Of a stretch of 58,829 nucleotides of DNA, positions 37,466 through 46,728 are shown one piece after another. The position numbers and the translations under genes were made by a program. The stretch is taken from positions 1-58,829 of IMG/VR virus record IMGVR_UViG_3300045988_093898. One strand, given 5' to 3'. The notes beneath the pieces were generated by a model. The model worked only from the letters and a program-made list of their open reading frames with translations. It did no database searches and had not been told where the DNA came from. Every line of letters begins with the position of its first letter. Position 1 is the first letter of the stretch. This DNA is from a virus.

Positions 37466-37873
37466 ATGAATTTTGACAATTATTCTTGTAGCAGACAGAT
37501 GGATATATTTGACTTCTTAGAAGATAAGAACAAAGTGAAAGAGTTTAACCCTTTGAAAGCACTTGCTTTATGTGGTACAGGGTTTGAAAACGGAATGAAA
37601 AGAGTAAAAGATTATTTTCTTGAAAATCATAATTTGAGAGAAAAAGTTGCGTTTTTAAAAAACGAATACGGGACAGGCGGTTTCGGTTCGCCTGAGAAGA
37701 AACCTTGCTATATACATGGAATGTGTACGGTTACTTCACAGAAGCTGATTGAATATGAGTATTACGATGAAGATATGCAGGACATAAAGAAATATTGCAG
37801 TTGGGTTGACTTGGCGAATGTTATTACAGAAATGGTTAGATGCAATGAATATATTTATAGAGAGGGTGATTGA
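37466..37873 (+). CDS. hypothetical protein (135 aa)
   Basis: ORF track. Confidence 0.5.
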   Translation: MNFDNYSCSRQMDIFDFLEDKNKVKEFNPLKALALCGTGFENGMKRVKDYFLENHNLREKVAFLKNEYGTGGFGSPEKKPCYIHGMCTVTSQKLIEYEYYDEDMQDIKKYCSWVDLANVITEMVRCNEYIYREGD

Positions 37874-38014
37874 ATGAAAGGGAGATTTCCTAAAACACTT
37901 ATTGAAAGCAAATATAACAGGATGCCTGCTAATGTAGATTTGACAAAATATACATCTCCGAAAAAGTACGGAATTTATTTACAGGAGAAGAAACATAAGA
38001 GAAAAAGGAAGTGA
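37874..38014 (+). CDS. small basic protein (46 aa)
   Basis: TGAATG junction with the preceding gene. Read from the sequence. Confidence 0.3.
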   Translation: MKGRFPKTLIESKYNRMPANVDLTKYTSPKKYGIYLQEKKHKRKRK

Positions 38015-38823
38015 TGATTATGGCGATTTACAGAAATGTAAGGCTTTCATTTTGGACTGACAACAAGGTAATAGACGAGTTCACACCCGAAGATAAGTAT
38101 TTTTATCTGTACTTGCTCACAAACCCTCAGACAAATTTGTGCGGTTGTTATGAGATAAGTTATAAAAGCATGAGTGAGGATACAGGATATAACAAAGATA
38201 CTTGCCTGAGGTTATTGAAAAGATTCGACGAAGTACACAATGTTATCAAATTTAATGAGAGTACAAAAGAAGTGCTGATTCTGAATTGGTATAAATATAA
38301 CTGGAGCAGTTCGGCAAAGACTTTGTCAGGGGTTATGTCAGCGGCGAAGTACATAAAATGCGAAAAATTTAGAAATTATGTTTTAAGTGTTGCAGAAAGT
38401 GTGAAGAATGGTAATAAAGAGCCAGTCAGATACCCCATACAAGCATCTGTATCTGTAGCTGATACTGATTCTGTTTCTGATTCTGTTACTGAAACTGATA
38501 CTGTAAATAATAAAAAGAACATTACAGGAGAGTATATAAAGGAAATTGTTACTTATCTGAATGAAAAATGCGGTACACATTACAGATGTAACACAGCAAA
38601 CACTAGAAAGCATATAACGGCGAGATTTGCTGATGGCTATACGGTTTCTGATTTCATGACAGTGATTGATAAGAAGTCTGCCGAATGGCAAGGTACTAAA
38701 TTTGAATTGTATTTACGACCCGATACTTTGTTTGGAAGTAAATTTGAAAGTTATCTGAATCAGCAGATTAAACAGAAAAATGAAACATCGGATTTTTTAA
38801 GTAGTTGGGGGATAGGAAAATGA
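38011..38823 (+). CDS. phage replisome organizer (N-terminal organizer domain + conserved phage C-terminus)
   Basis: AIYRNVRLSFWTDNKVIDEFTPEDKYFYLYLLTNPQTNLCGCYEIS. C-terminal IVTYLNEKCGTHYR...ITARFADGYTVSDFMTVIDKK...LRPDTLFGSKFESYLNQ. The start could be ATG 38014 or 38020. Confidence 0.75.
   Translation: MMIMAIYRNVRLSFWTDNKVIDEFTPEDKYFYLYLLTNPQTNLCGCYEISYKSMSEDTGYNKDTCLRLLKRFDEVHNVIKFNESTKEVLILNWYKYNWSSSAKTLSGVMSAAKYIKCEKFRNYVLSVAESVKNGNKEPVRYPIQASVSVADTDSVSDSVTETDTVNNKKNITGEYIKEIVTYLNEKCGTHYRCNTANTRKHITARFADGYTVSDFMTVIDKKSAEWQGTKFELYLRPDTLFGSKFESYLNQQIKQKNETSDFLSSWGIGK
38446..38505. repeat. short tandem CTGAT/CTGTT-type repeats inside the replisome organizer gene (candidate origin)
   Basis: tctgtatctgtagctgatactgattctgtttctgattctgttactgaaactgatactgta, read directly. 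Confidence 0.4.
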
Positions 38824-39476
38824 CAAAAGAAGAAGTTCAAATGTTACTTGCCATGACACAGGCTGTATATCCTAACTACAATCCACCAAGCAGAGAAGCG
38901 GCAGTAAATGCGTGGCTCATGTGTTTAAGCGAGTATGATAATAATGTTGTCATGGCGGCATTTAAAGCATACATGACTACGAATACAAGTGGTTTTGCAC
39001 CTGCACCGGGGCAACTTATAGAAATATTGCAGACTTTGACACAACCATCTGAGTTGAACGAGCTGGAAGCGTGGTCGATAGTCAGAAAAGCGTTAAGAAA
39101 TTGTGGCTACAATTCAGAACAGGAGTTTGCAAAGTTGCCGACAGTAGTGCAAAAAACTGTAGGAACACCACAGCAGTTAAAGATTTGGGCTTGCGATAGT
39201 GAATTTAATGAAAATGTTGTGAGCAGTAATTTTATAAAGACATACAGAACAGAGGTCAAGCGAGCAACAGAGTTGAATAAAATGCCTGATGATATAAGAA
39301 AACTTGTAGAAATGGTAAATACAAACTCCACATCGGCTCAAATAGCAAACAAAAACAAACAGGCTATAAAGTTATCACTTGAAGATAAAAAAAACGAGGA
39401 AACAGGCAAAATGGAAGTTAGAAACAGTGTTCCTATGCCCGAGAAATATAAGAAAGAGTTTGGTATTAGAGATTGA
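38820..39476 (+). CDS. helicase loader (G39P-like)
   Basis: Position after the replisome organizer. The N-terminal ...LLAMTQAVYPNYNPPSREAAVNAWLMCLSEYDNNVVMAAFKAY pattern resembles the loader/inhibitor of G40P. Confidence 0.5.
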   Translation: MTKEEVQMLLAMTQAVYPNYNPPSREAAVNAWLMCLSEYDNNVVMAAFKAYMTTNTSGFAPAPGQLIEILQTLTQPSELNELEAWSIVRKALRNCGYNSEQEFAKLPTVVQKTVGTPQQLKIWACDSEFNENVVSSNFIKTYRTEVKRATELNKMPDDIRKLVEMVNTNSTSAQIANKNKQAIKLSLEDKKNEETGKMEVRNSVPMPEKYKKEFGIRD

Positions 39477-39490
39477 AAGCGAGGTATAGC

Positions 39491-39664
39491 ATGAGTTATT
39501 GTGATGGAAATTGTAAGCATTTGAATGATAAAAAGCACAAATGCGAACTTACAGGAGAAAAATTAACATTTATGAAGTATAAAGGTGCTGTTTCATTTTC
39601 AGTTAATGAGCATAGAGGATTTTGCAAATTTGACAACCCCGAATTGTTAGAAAGTGAGGAATAA
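39491..39664 (+). CDS. Cys-rich small protein
   Basis: RBS GCGAGGT upstream of ATG 39491. Confidence 0.4.
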   Translation: MSYCDGNCKHLNDKKHKCELTGEKLTFMKYKGAVSFSVNEHRGFCKFDNPELLESEE

Positions 39665-39665
39665 T

Positions 39666-40016
39666 ATGACAGAGAGCGAAGCGGTAGAAAAACTGAAAAA
39701 TATGCGACTGTTTATGCAGATTATTGACAAGAATAGCAAACATAAATTTGCGGAAGATGATTATAAAACTAACGAAATGGCAATCAAAGCACTTGAAGAA
39801 GTACAACAGTACCGCGCAATCGGCACACCGGAAGAATGCCGGGCGGCGAGAGAAAAACAGATGCCGAAGAAAGTAGTTAAGAACGGAAAACGGAGCTACA
39901 AATGCCCTTGCTGTGGTGAGAGCGCAAAGACAGAGACAGGTGATAGTTTTATCGACTATCGACTAGATTATTGCGATGGCTGTGGTCAGAAATTAGATTG
40001 GAGTGATGAAGAATGA
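39666..40016 (+). CDS. hypothetical protein with C-terminal zinc ribbon
   Basis: CPCCGES...CDGCG. RBS GTGAGGA. Confidence 0.45.
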   Translation: MTESEAVEKLKNMRLFMQIIDKNSKHKFAEDDYKTNEMAIKALEEVQQYRAIGTPEECRAAREKQMPKKVVKNGKRSYKCPCCGESAKTETGDSFIDYRLDYCDGCGQKLDWSDEE

Positions 40017-40297
40017 GATTGATTGATGCGGATAAGTTAATATTACACTTAAATGACTATGCATTGCAAGAAGCACCATTCAGGGGCGAAAGTGCAGATG
40101 TATATGATGCAATAGAAAACTGTATTAAGGCAATAGAAGAACAGCCAACAGCCTATGATATGGAAAAGGTTGTTGAGAAATTGGAAAATCAAAGCAAAGA
40201 ATATAATTCTGGAGTAAGATTACATGGAAAATCAGAAGAAATGCTTACGGATGATGCAATCGAGATAGTAAAGGCAGGTGGAAAGAATGACGATTGA
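40013..40297 (+). CDS. hypothetical protein (94 aa)
   Basis: ORF track. ATGA overlap. Confidence 0.45.
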   Translation: MRLIDADKLILHLNDYALQEAPFRGESADVYDAIENCIKAIEEQPTAYDMEKVVEKLENQSKEYNSGVRLHGKSEEMLTDDAIEIVKAGGKNDD

Positions 40298-40520
40298 ATG
40301 TAAAAATTGTTCTATGCACGAAGAATGTATTTGCGAAGCAAGTGCAGACGAATGTGAAATCAGAAAGCAGTCTTATAACAAGGCTGTTGATGATTTCTAT
40401 AACAAAATTATTGAAGCATACGAAGAAATGAAAAATATTCCACAGGTAGAAAAATCAACAGTACATACAATAGCATTAGGAATAATGGAGCAGTTAAAAA
40501 ATAAGGATTTAGCGAGGTAA
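40287..40520 (+). CDS. hypothetical protein
   Basis: RBS AGGTGGAAAG upstream of ATG 40287. Confidence 0.4.
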   Translation: MTIECKNCSMHEECICEASADECEIRKQSYNKAVDDFYNKIIEAYEEMKNIPQVEKSTVHTIALGIMEQLKNKDLAR

Positions 40521-40527
40521 TTATACA

Positions 40528-40668
40528 ATGAATGATTGCAAAGGATGTAAATATGAGAACAGCGCAGATATAGAGGTACTTTTAGAATTTTGTACAACTT
40601 GTAAAAGAGCCTATTCTAATGAAGAAGATAGAGAATTTCACGAAGATAAGTATGAGATTGTAGACTAA
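40528..40668 (+). CDS. small zinc-ribbon protein (46 aa)
   Basis: CKGC...CTTC. RBS GCGAGGT. Confidence 0.3.
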   Translation: MNDCKGCKYENSADIEVLLEFCTTCKRAYSNEEDREFHEDKYEIVD

Positions 40669-40717
40669 GCTAAAACTAAGAAAGGAGTAAGAGTTTTGTG
40701 CACAGTAAAAACCGGTT

Positions 40718-41389
40718 TTGCTCCATAAAATTATGTATAGTGAGAATAAAAAGAAGTGGCTTAAAGAGCGTTATCGTCAAAGAAAAGAACATAGCTTATG
40801 TACCAAGTGCGGTAAACCTGCAATGACAAACAAAACTCTATGCAAGAAATGTGCCGAAAAAAGAAAGAAGAAATATCGAGAAGATAGAGAGTTTTTCAAA
40901 ACGCTGGGACTATGCCCGAAATGCGGCAAAAACAAATTGTTTGGCGGTGAAAAAACTTGTCCTGAGTGTTTAGCTTATGCTGAAAAAGTAAATGCTAAAC
41001 ACGCAATAAAAACAGCTGGTAGCAAAGAAGCGTACAATAAACAAGTTTATCAAAAAGCAAGACAGCGTTATGATGAGCAAAATCTTTGCGTAATGTGTAA
41101 AATAAGACAGCGTGCAGAGGGACATATACATTGTGAAGAATGTCTCGAGAAAAGACGCAAGAAAGGCAGAGAAATACGAAAACAGCAAGAAAAAGTAGGT
41201 ATAACAAGAAGCGAAAGACCAGCTTACGGACTTTGCTATCGCTGCGGAAACCCACTCGATAGAGACGGGAAGTTGTGCGTAAAGTGTGCAGCAAAAGCTG
41301 TAAGCTGTTTACCTAAATTTAGAAATACAGATGTATGGAAAAAGAATAACAATCTATTATTTGGAGGTAAGCAAGATGATAAAATTTAA
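40718..41389 (+). CDS. basic protein with four CxxC...CxxC zinc-ribbon repeats
   Basis: CTKCGKPA..CKKCAEKRKK, CPKCGKNK..CPECLAYAEK, CVMCKIRQ..CEECLEKRRK, CYRCGNPL..CVKCAAKA. Start uncertain. Confidence 0.5.
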   Translation: MLHKIMYSENKKKWLKERYRQRKEHSLCTKCGKPAMTNKTLCKKCAEKRKKKYREDREFFKTLGLCPKCGKNKLFGGEKTCPECLAYAEKVNAKHAIKTAGSKEAYNKQVYQKARQRYDEQNLCVMCKIRQRAEGHIHCEECLEKRRKKGREIRKQQEKVGITRSERPAYGLCYRCGNPLDRDGKLCVKCAAKAVSCLPKFRNTDVWKKNNNLLFGGKQDDKI

Positions 41390-41570
41390 AAGCGAATGTG
41401 TTGACTGTCCTAGCGAAATAGGTTGTCTTGGGGATAGTTGCCCGAAACGCAATATACCTCACTTTATATGCGATTGTTGTGGGGAAGATGTAGAAGAATT
41501 GTACGGATATGACGGAGAGCAGTTGTGTAAAGACTGCTTGCTTGATGCAGTACCAAAAGTAGAAATATAG
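41376..41570 (+). CDS. Cys-rich small protein
   Basis: GGAGGT upstream of ATG 41376. Confidence 0.4.
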   Translation: MIKFKSECVDCPSEIGCLGDSCPKRNIPHFICDCCGEDVEELYGYDGEQLCKDCLLDAVPKVEI

Positions 41571-41582
41571 GAGAAATGGCTT

Positions 41583-41792
41583 ATGAAGTTTTCAGAACTT
41601 ACTAAGCCGGAACTTGATGAAATTTTAAAGAACGCCAATTTTACAGAGGAAGAAGAGAATATATTTACAATGCTTGCAAGAGGAAAAACACTTACAGAAG
41701 TTGCACAAAGAAATATGATATGTGAACGAACTGTACAGAGAAAAGTTGACAAGATAAAAGTAAAGATTGAAAAATTGGAGGTTTTGAAATGA
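41583..41792 (+). CDS. sigma-70 region-4 / LuxR-type HTH regulator (late activator candidate)
   Basis: FTEEEENIFTMLARGKTLTEVAQRNMICERTVQRKVDKIKVKI. Confidence 0.55.
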   Translation: MKFSELTKPELDEILKNANFTEEEENIFTMLARGKTLTEVAQRNMICERTVQRKVDKIKVKIEKLEVLK

Positions 41793-41966
41793 TTAAAATA
41801 ACAATAAATGGAAACGAGATAAAAGCAGAGGATGTAACTTTATCTGCCGATATTGTAAAAATCATAACATCATGCCTTGATTGACATTATATTTTAAAAA
41901 GGTTAGAATGTGTCGTAAGTACGATAAATGCGGCACATTCTTTTTATATAAAAGGAGGATTTGAAG

Positions 41967-43340
41967 ATGGAATGTGTTGCGTACATGAGAGTATCAACAG
42001 AAAAACAAGCAGAAGATGGAAACGGGCTGGAAAGCCAAAAAAGAGATATTGATAATTACTGCAATAAGAACGGTTATATAATCAGTGATTACTATATTGA
42101 CGATGGTTATACTGGTGCAAACATGGACAGACCACAGCTGCAACGACTTATCAGCGATTGTGTATCGAAAAGAGTGAAGTGTGTTGTTGCTTTTAAATTA
42201 GACAGGTTGTCACGAAGCATGGTTGATGGAATATATATCATCGAACGAGTGTTTCAAGCAAACAACATCTTGTTTAAATGTGTGCATGACAGTATAAGCT
42301 ACGACAGTCCGATGGAGCAAGCATATACTCAGATGATGGCAGTTTTTGCACAGCTTGATAAAAACACAATGATGTTGCGTATGCGTGGCGGTATGTTGGA
42401 AAGAGTAAAGCAAGGCTACTGGATGGGTGGCGGTAATACTCCTTATTGCTATAAGTATGATAAGGAAAAAGGAATTTTAGTACCTATACCCGAACGGAAA
42501 GAGCAGGCAAATCAAGCATTAGATTTGTTTATCGACGGCTATTCGGATGTTGCAATTAAAAAAATGCTTAATTTTACGCATGAGCATACTGTTAAAATGG
42601 TTTTAACAAGTCCAGTAAACATCGGCATGATACCATATAAGGGCAATTTATATAAAGGTTTGCATGAGCCTATTTTTGATAAAGATAGATTTCAGCTTGC
42701 ACAGGAAGCGAGGAAAAACAGAAGAAAAAAGAAAACAGTTAGCCTCAACAAAGAACCAAATTTATTGACAGGTTTATGTTATTGCGGTGTGTGTGGATGT
42801 AAAATGCGTTATCAAAAATGGGGAAGTGAATCTGATGCACCTAAAAAAATTTACTGTTGCTCACGAAACAAAGATTTATTTTATTTGCCGAATTACAATA
42901 GAGACTGCGATAATTCAATAGAATGGGCTACCGACATTGAAAAACAAGTCGAAGCTGAGATAATAAAAATATCTTTAAATTTGTCATCGCAAAAACCAAT
43001 CGCAAAGCAGAGTAAAATTGATATAATACAGTCGCAAATCAAAAAGGAAAAATATCGCCGCAAAAGGCTTTTTAATCTTTACGCAGATGGAAATGACGAT
43101 GTTTTGAATATAATAAAACAGTCAGACGATACTATCAGTAGTTTAAAAGAACAACTTGAAATTGAATTATTAAGTAAAGAAGCAAATAAAAAGAAAAGTA
43201 TTGCCTATGAGAACATCAAAAAAATTGCCGATGTTTGGGACAGCATCGACAAAAGAAATAAAAATATGATACTTAAAACTATAATTGACAAGATAATAAT
43301 TGTCAATGGAGATATTGAGATACAATTAAAGAATTTTTAG
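41967..43340 (+). CDS. large serine recombinase (integrase)
   Basis: N-terminal AYMRVSTEKQ catalytic motif. About 457 aa with a Cys-rich zinc-ribbon (CYCGVCGCKMRY...YCCSRN) and a coiled-coil C-terminus. Confidence 0.85.
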   Translation: MECVAYMRVSTEKQAEDGNGLESQKRDIDNYCNKNGYIISDYYIDDGYTGANMDRPQLQRLISDCVSKRVKCVVAFKLDRLSRSMVDGIYIIERVFQANNILFKCVHDSISYDSPMEQAYTQMMAVFAQLDKNTMMLRMRGGMLERVKQGYWMGGGNTPYCYKYDKEKGILVPIPERKEQANQALDLFIDGYSDVAIKKMLNFTHEHTVKMVLTSPVNIGMIPYKGNLYKGLHEPIFDKDRFQLAQEARKNRRKKKTVSLNKEPNLLTGLCYCGVCGCKMRYQKWGSESDAPKKIYCCSRNKDLFYLPNYNRDCDNSIEWATDIEKQVEAEIIKISLNLSSQKPIAKQSKIDIIQSQIKKEKYRRKRLFNLYADGNDDVLNIIKQSDDTISSLKEQLEIELLSKEANKKKSIAYENIKKIADVWDSIDKRNKNMILKTIIDKIIIVNGDIEIQLKNF

Positions 43341-43420
43341 CACATACTACACACCATGCCGATGGCAGTATGTTAGTGCTAATACCGTATTTATCGTACT
43401 TTTACAACTAAATAAAATCT

Positions 43421-43462
43421 AACTGTCGCTTTTATGTCGTAAAACTGTCGTTTTTATGTCGT
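43421..43462. repeat. two 20-bp direct repeats AACTGTCG(C/T)TTTTATGTCGT separated by 2 nt, downstream of the integrase (attP-region candidate)
   Basis: Read directly. Also the palindrome acatact...agtatgt at 43343-43375. Confidence 0.5.
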
Positions 43463-43633
43463 GTTCAGCGGCTTTTTTTGTGTGAAAATAAAATTACAAA
43501 AGGAGAGTGATTGAATTGTATGACGAAGATTTAAGAGAGCGATTACTCTCACGGGAACAAATACAAAAATTAGACTTAGTAACTCAAACAATATTGTTTA
43601 GTGTTATTGAGGATGTATTAGAGGAGAGAGAAC

Positions 43634-44155
43634 ATGATAAACAATCCTTATCAACCACAGATGACTTATACTCCGGGTTATAACGCATATCCGTACAACC
43701 CGATGCAAAGATTTCAGGAACAGCAGTTACCGCAACAGCCCGTTCAACAAGTACCACAACAGCAGAATTTACAGATACAAGCAGGGATAAATGGCAGAAT
43801 GGTGGCAGCAGTTGAACAAATTGCTGCTAATGATGTACCTATGGACGGCTCAGTTGCATTTTTTCCTAAACAAGACTTGACGGAAATTTATGCAAAACAA
43901 TGGGGTGCAGACGGCTCAATAAAAACAGTCGTGTATAAACCTTATACAGAGCCTAAAAACAGTCAAGGCATAAATAATACAGAAAATATCGAAAACTTGA
44001 AAATTGACCTATCAGACGAAAGCACAGCGGTATTTATGCAGAAGTTTGATGAGATTTTTAATAAATTTGACGAGTTAGAAAACAAAATGTGTAAAAGTGC
44101 TACTTCTCAAAGGAAAACTTCGACTTTAAAAAAGGAGGGCGGTGTAAATGAATAA
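43634..44155 (+). CDS. protein with Q/P/Y-rich low-complexity N-terminus
   Basis: 173 aa. NPYQPQMTYTPGYNAYPYNPMQRFQEQQLPQQPVQQVPQQQN. Confidence 0.5.
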   Translation: MINNPYQPQMTYTPGYNAYPYNPMQRFQEQQLPQQPVQQVPQQQNLQIQAGINGRMVAAVEQIAANDVPMDGSVAFFPKQDLTEIYAKQWGADGSIKTVVYKPYTEPKNSQGINNTENIENLKIDLSDESTAVFMQKFDEIFNKFDELENKMCKSATSQRKTSTLKKEGGVNE

Positions 44156-44378
44156 TCAGATTATGCAGATGTTAAATCAGATTAAAAATATAAAAAATCC
44201 AAAAGAAGCCGCTATGAAAACATTAGAGCAAGCGGCAAATCAAGGAAATCCAATGGCAAAAAATATGTTGCAGAAAATAAACAGTGGCGACATGAATGGA
44301 GCACAGCAAATTCTTGGTAATTTTATGAATGAACAGGGATTGAATATACAGGAAATTCAAAAACAAATTCAAAAATAG
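44148..44378 (+). CDS. hypothetical helical protein (76 aa)
   Basis: ORF track. Overlaps the preceding stop. Confidence 0.45.
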   Translation: MNNQIMQMLNQIKNIKNPKEAAMKTLEQAANQGNPMAKNMLQKINSGDMNGAQQILGNFMNEQGLNIQEIQKQIQK

Positions 44379-44454
44379 TGCATATTAGGGTTTTGTCCGG
44401 ACAATAAAAACCAGTTCCCTATTTTGTAAATAAATCAAATGGAGGTAAACTAAT

Positions 44455-45234
44455 ATGTTTAACAACGGAGTTAGCCTTGCCGATATTGCGGCAGTAACAG
44501 GCAATAACAGAAACAATGACGGTATGTGGGGAGACGGTGCATGGTGGATTGTCATTCTTCTTATTTTCGGCTGGGGTGGTTTTGGTAACAACGGCTGGGG
44601 TAACGGTAATGGAATGGGTTCTACTGCCGCCGCTTATACAGACAGTGCTATTCAGCGTGGATTTGATAATCAGGCTGTTGTTTCAAAACTTGATGGCATT
44701 TCTAACGGACTTTGTGACGGTTTCTATGCTATGAACAACAGTATGCTCACAGGTTTTAATGGTATTAACACAAATATCATGCAGACAGGCTACGGCATCC
44801 AGCAGGCTATTAACGCTGATACAGTTGCTAATATGCAGAATACAAATTCTTTACAGTCACAGCTCGCCAACTGCTGCTGTGAAACGAGAGAAGCTATTCA
44901 GGGTGTAAACTACAATATGGCAACCAACACTTGTGCTTTGCAGAACACCATGAACAACAACACGAGAGACATTATTGACAGCCAGCAGGCAGGAACGAGG
45001 GCAATCCTTGACTTCTTGACAAATGACAAGATTGCAACCTTACAGGCAGAGAATAACGATTTGAGAAGAGCTGCTTCACAGGATAGACAGAACGCACTTC
45101 TGACTTCTGCCATGAGTGCACAGACACAGCAGATTGTCAACTCTGTAAATCCTACAGCTATCCCAGCCTATGTTGTGCCTAATCCTAATGCTTATGCTTA
45201 TGGATGTGGCTGCAATACAGGATGTGGCTGCTAA
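44455..45234 (+). CDS. membrane-anchored N/Q/G-rich protein ending in GCGCNTGCGC
   Basis: TM segment WWIVILLIFGWGGF, a GNG-rich linker, a CCC motif and a Cys/Gly C-terminus. RBS GGAGGT. Confidence 0.5.
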   Translation: MFNNGVSLADIAAVTGNNRNNDGMWGDGAWWIVILLIFGWGGFGNNGWGNGNGMGSTAAAYTDSAIQRGFDNQAVVSKLDGISNGLCDGFYAMNNSMLTGFNGINTNIMQTGYGIQQAINADTVANMQNTNSLQSQLANCCCETREAIQGVNYNMATNTCALQNTMNNNTRDIIDSQQAGTRAILDFLTNDKIATLQAENNDLRRAASQDRQNALLTSAMSAQTQQIVNSVNPTAIPAYVVPNPNAYAYGCGCNTGCGC

Positions 45235-45321
45235 AAGTAGCAGCTACGCAAAAATGAATAATTGAGTATCTTAATTGAGTTTAACTCGATTATGTCTGCT
45301 AAGCAGTATTACTTATAATCA

Positions 45322-45355
45322 AAGGGCAGGCTATAATGTTTGCCCTTATTTTTAT
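45322..45355 (+). terminator. rho-independent terminator
   Basis: Stem aagggca/tgccctt followed by atttttat. Confidence 0.6.
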
Positions 45356-45373
45356 GAAAGAGAGGTAAATAAA

Positions 45374-45802
45374 ATGGCTGAATTTAGTAATGTAGCCGTA
45401 CAGAATGTAGCTACAAACGGAAATGTATTATTTGCAGATACACCGACTTCAACTTGCAATAAAGGATGTATCACTCACCGCACAGGAAGTGGCTTAATCA
45501 ATGTTAAGGGTGCGACAAATAATTGCCGTGCAAAGTACAGAGTAGAATTTAACGGAAATATTGCAGTTCCTGATGGTGGTACGGCAGGGGCTATATCACT
45601 TGCGATTGCAATAGAGGGTGAACCGGATTTATCGACACTGGCAATTTCTACACCGACAGCGGTTGAAGCATTTAACAATGTTTCTACGGCTACGGATGTA
45701 TGGCTTTCTTGCGGATGCTGTCAGGCAATTTCTGTAAAGAACACATCTACACAGGAAATTAGTGTAGCAAATGCCAATATTACAGTTAATCGTGTTGGCT
45801 AG
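45374..45802 (+). CDS. beta-rich protein resembling BclA-C / C1q-like (TNF-like jelly-roll) domain proteins
   Basis: 142 aa. The pattern VAVQNVATNGNVLF...YRVEFNGNIAV...ISLAIAIEGEP...ISVKNTSTQEISVANANITVNRV matches my recollection of exosporium BclA C-terminal domains. RBS AGAGGT. Confidence 0.35.
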   Translation: MAEFSNVAVQNVATNGNVLFADTPTSTCNKGCITHRTGSGLINVKGATNNCRAKYRVEFNGNIAVPDGGTAGAISLAIAIEGEPDLSTLAISTPTAVEAFNNVSTATDVWLSCGCCQAISVKNTSTQEISVANANITVNRVG

Positions 45803-45953
45803 GCTTGCTTGAAATGTATGCAAGAAGCGCATTGTCAACAATTTTGCTGATTGGTATTAGAGTTTGCTTGGAGTATTCTTTCAATTTCTTTTCAACCTCT
45901 TTGTTAAGAGTTGTCGAGAAACGGACGCGATTCTTCAGTTCATTTTTTGGCAT
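45786..45953 (-). CDS. ribbon-helix-helix protein (55 aa)
   Basis: MPKNELKNRVRFSTTLNKEVEKKLKEYSKQTLIPISKIVDNALLAYI. RBS AAAGGTGG. Confidence 0.5.
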   Translation of the reverse strand: MPKNELKNRVRFSTTLNKEVEKKLKEYSKQTLIPISKIVDNALLAYISSKPSQHD

Positions 45954-46061
45954 ATTTGTACCACCTTTCATAAATTTAATTAAGTTTAACACATTTTTTT
46001 ATTGAAAACAAGAAAATAATTTGATGTAATTTAATTAAAGTTAATTAAGTGAGGTGCGAAA

Positions 46062-46715
46062 ATGGCTAGAAACAGTTTGTACAATGACTTGACAGGTATG
46101 AAATTTGGTGCACTAAAAGTATTAAAAAGGCACGAAGGGAAAACCGATATTTCAAAATCTTGTTACTGGATTTGTCAATGCGATTGTGGAAATATTGTAA
46201 GCAGAAGGACATCGACATTAAAAAGGGCAAGTAAAGGCTCAATCCCTAATTGTGGTTGCTTAAATGCAAAAAGACTAAGGAAGTGTTCCTTATCAATGAA
46301 AAAACACGGCATGTCTAAAACAAGAATTTTTGGAATTTGGGAGAATATGCGCGACAGATGCAATAATCCTAATTCAAAGCTGTATTATTTGTATGGCGAG
46401 CGTGGAATTAAAGTTTGTGAGGAATGGTCAAATGATTTTTTGACTTTTTACAATTGGTCTATCAAGAACGGGTATAGGCAAGGATTATCCATTGACCGAA
46501 TAGATGTAAATGGAAACTATGAACCTAACAATTGTAGGTGGGCTACTGCAAAACAACAAATAAGAAACAGAAGAAATACGGTTTATGTCAATATAGGCGG
46601 CGTGAAAAAAACTTTAGGTGAACTTTCAGAAGAATATAACATTAAATACAACACCCTTTATGATAGGTATAGAAGACATAAAGGAGCATCGGATTTTAGC
46701 GATATAATTAAATAG
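46062..46715 (+). CDS. HNH (HNH_3-type) homing-endonuclease-like protein
   Basis: LSIDRIDVNGNYEPNNCRWATAKQQIRNRRNT and an N-terminal Cys cluster. Confidence 0.6.
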   Translation: MARNSLYNDLTGMKFGALKVLKRHEGKTDISKSCYWICQCDCGNIVSRRTSTLKRASKGSIPNCGCLNAKRLRKCSLSMKKHGMSKTRIFGIWENMRDRCNNPNSKLYYLYGERGIKVCEEWSNDFLTFYNWSIKNGYRQGLSIDRIDVNGNYEPNNCRWATAKQQIRNRRNTVYVNIGGVKKTLGELSEEYNIKYNTLYDRYRRHKGASDFSDIIK

Positions 46716-46728
46716 GAGGCTTGATGAT

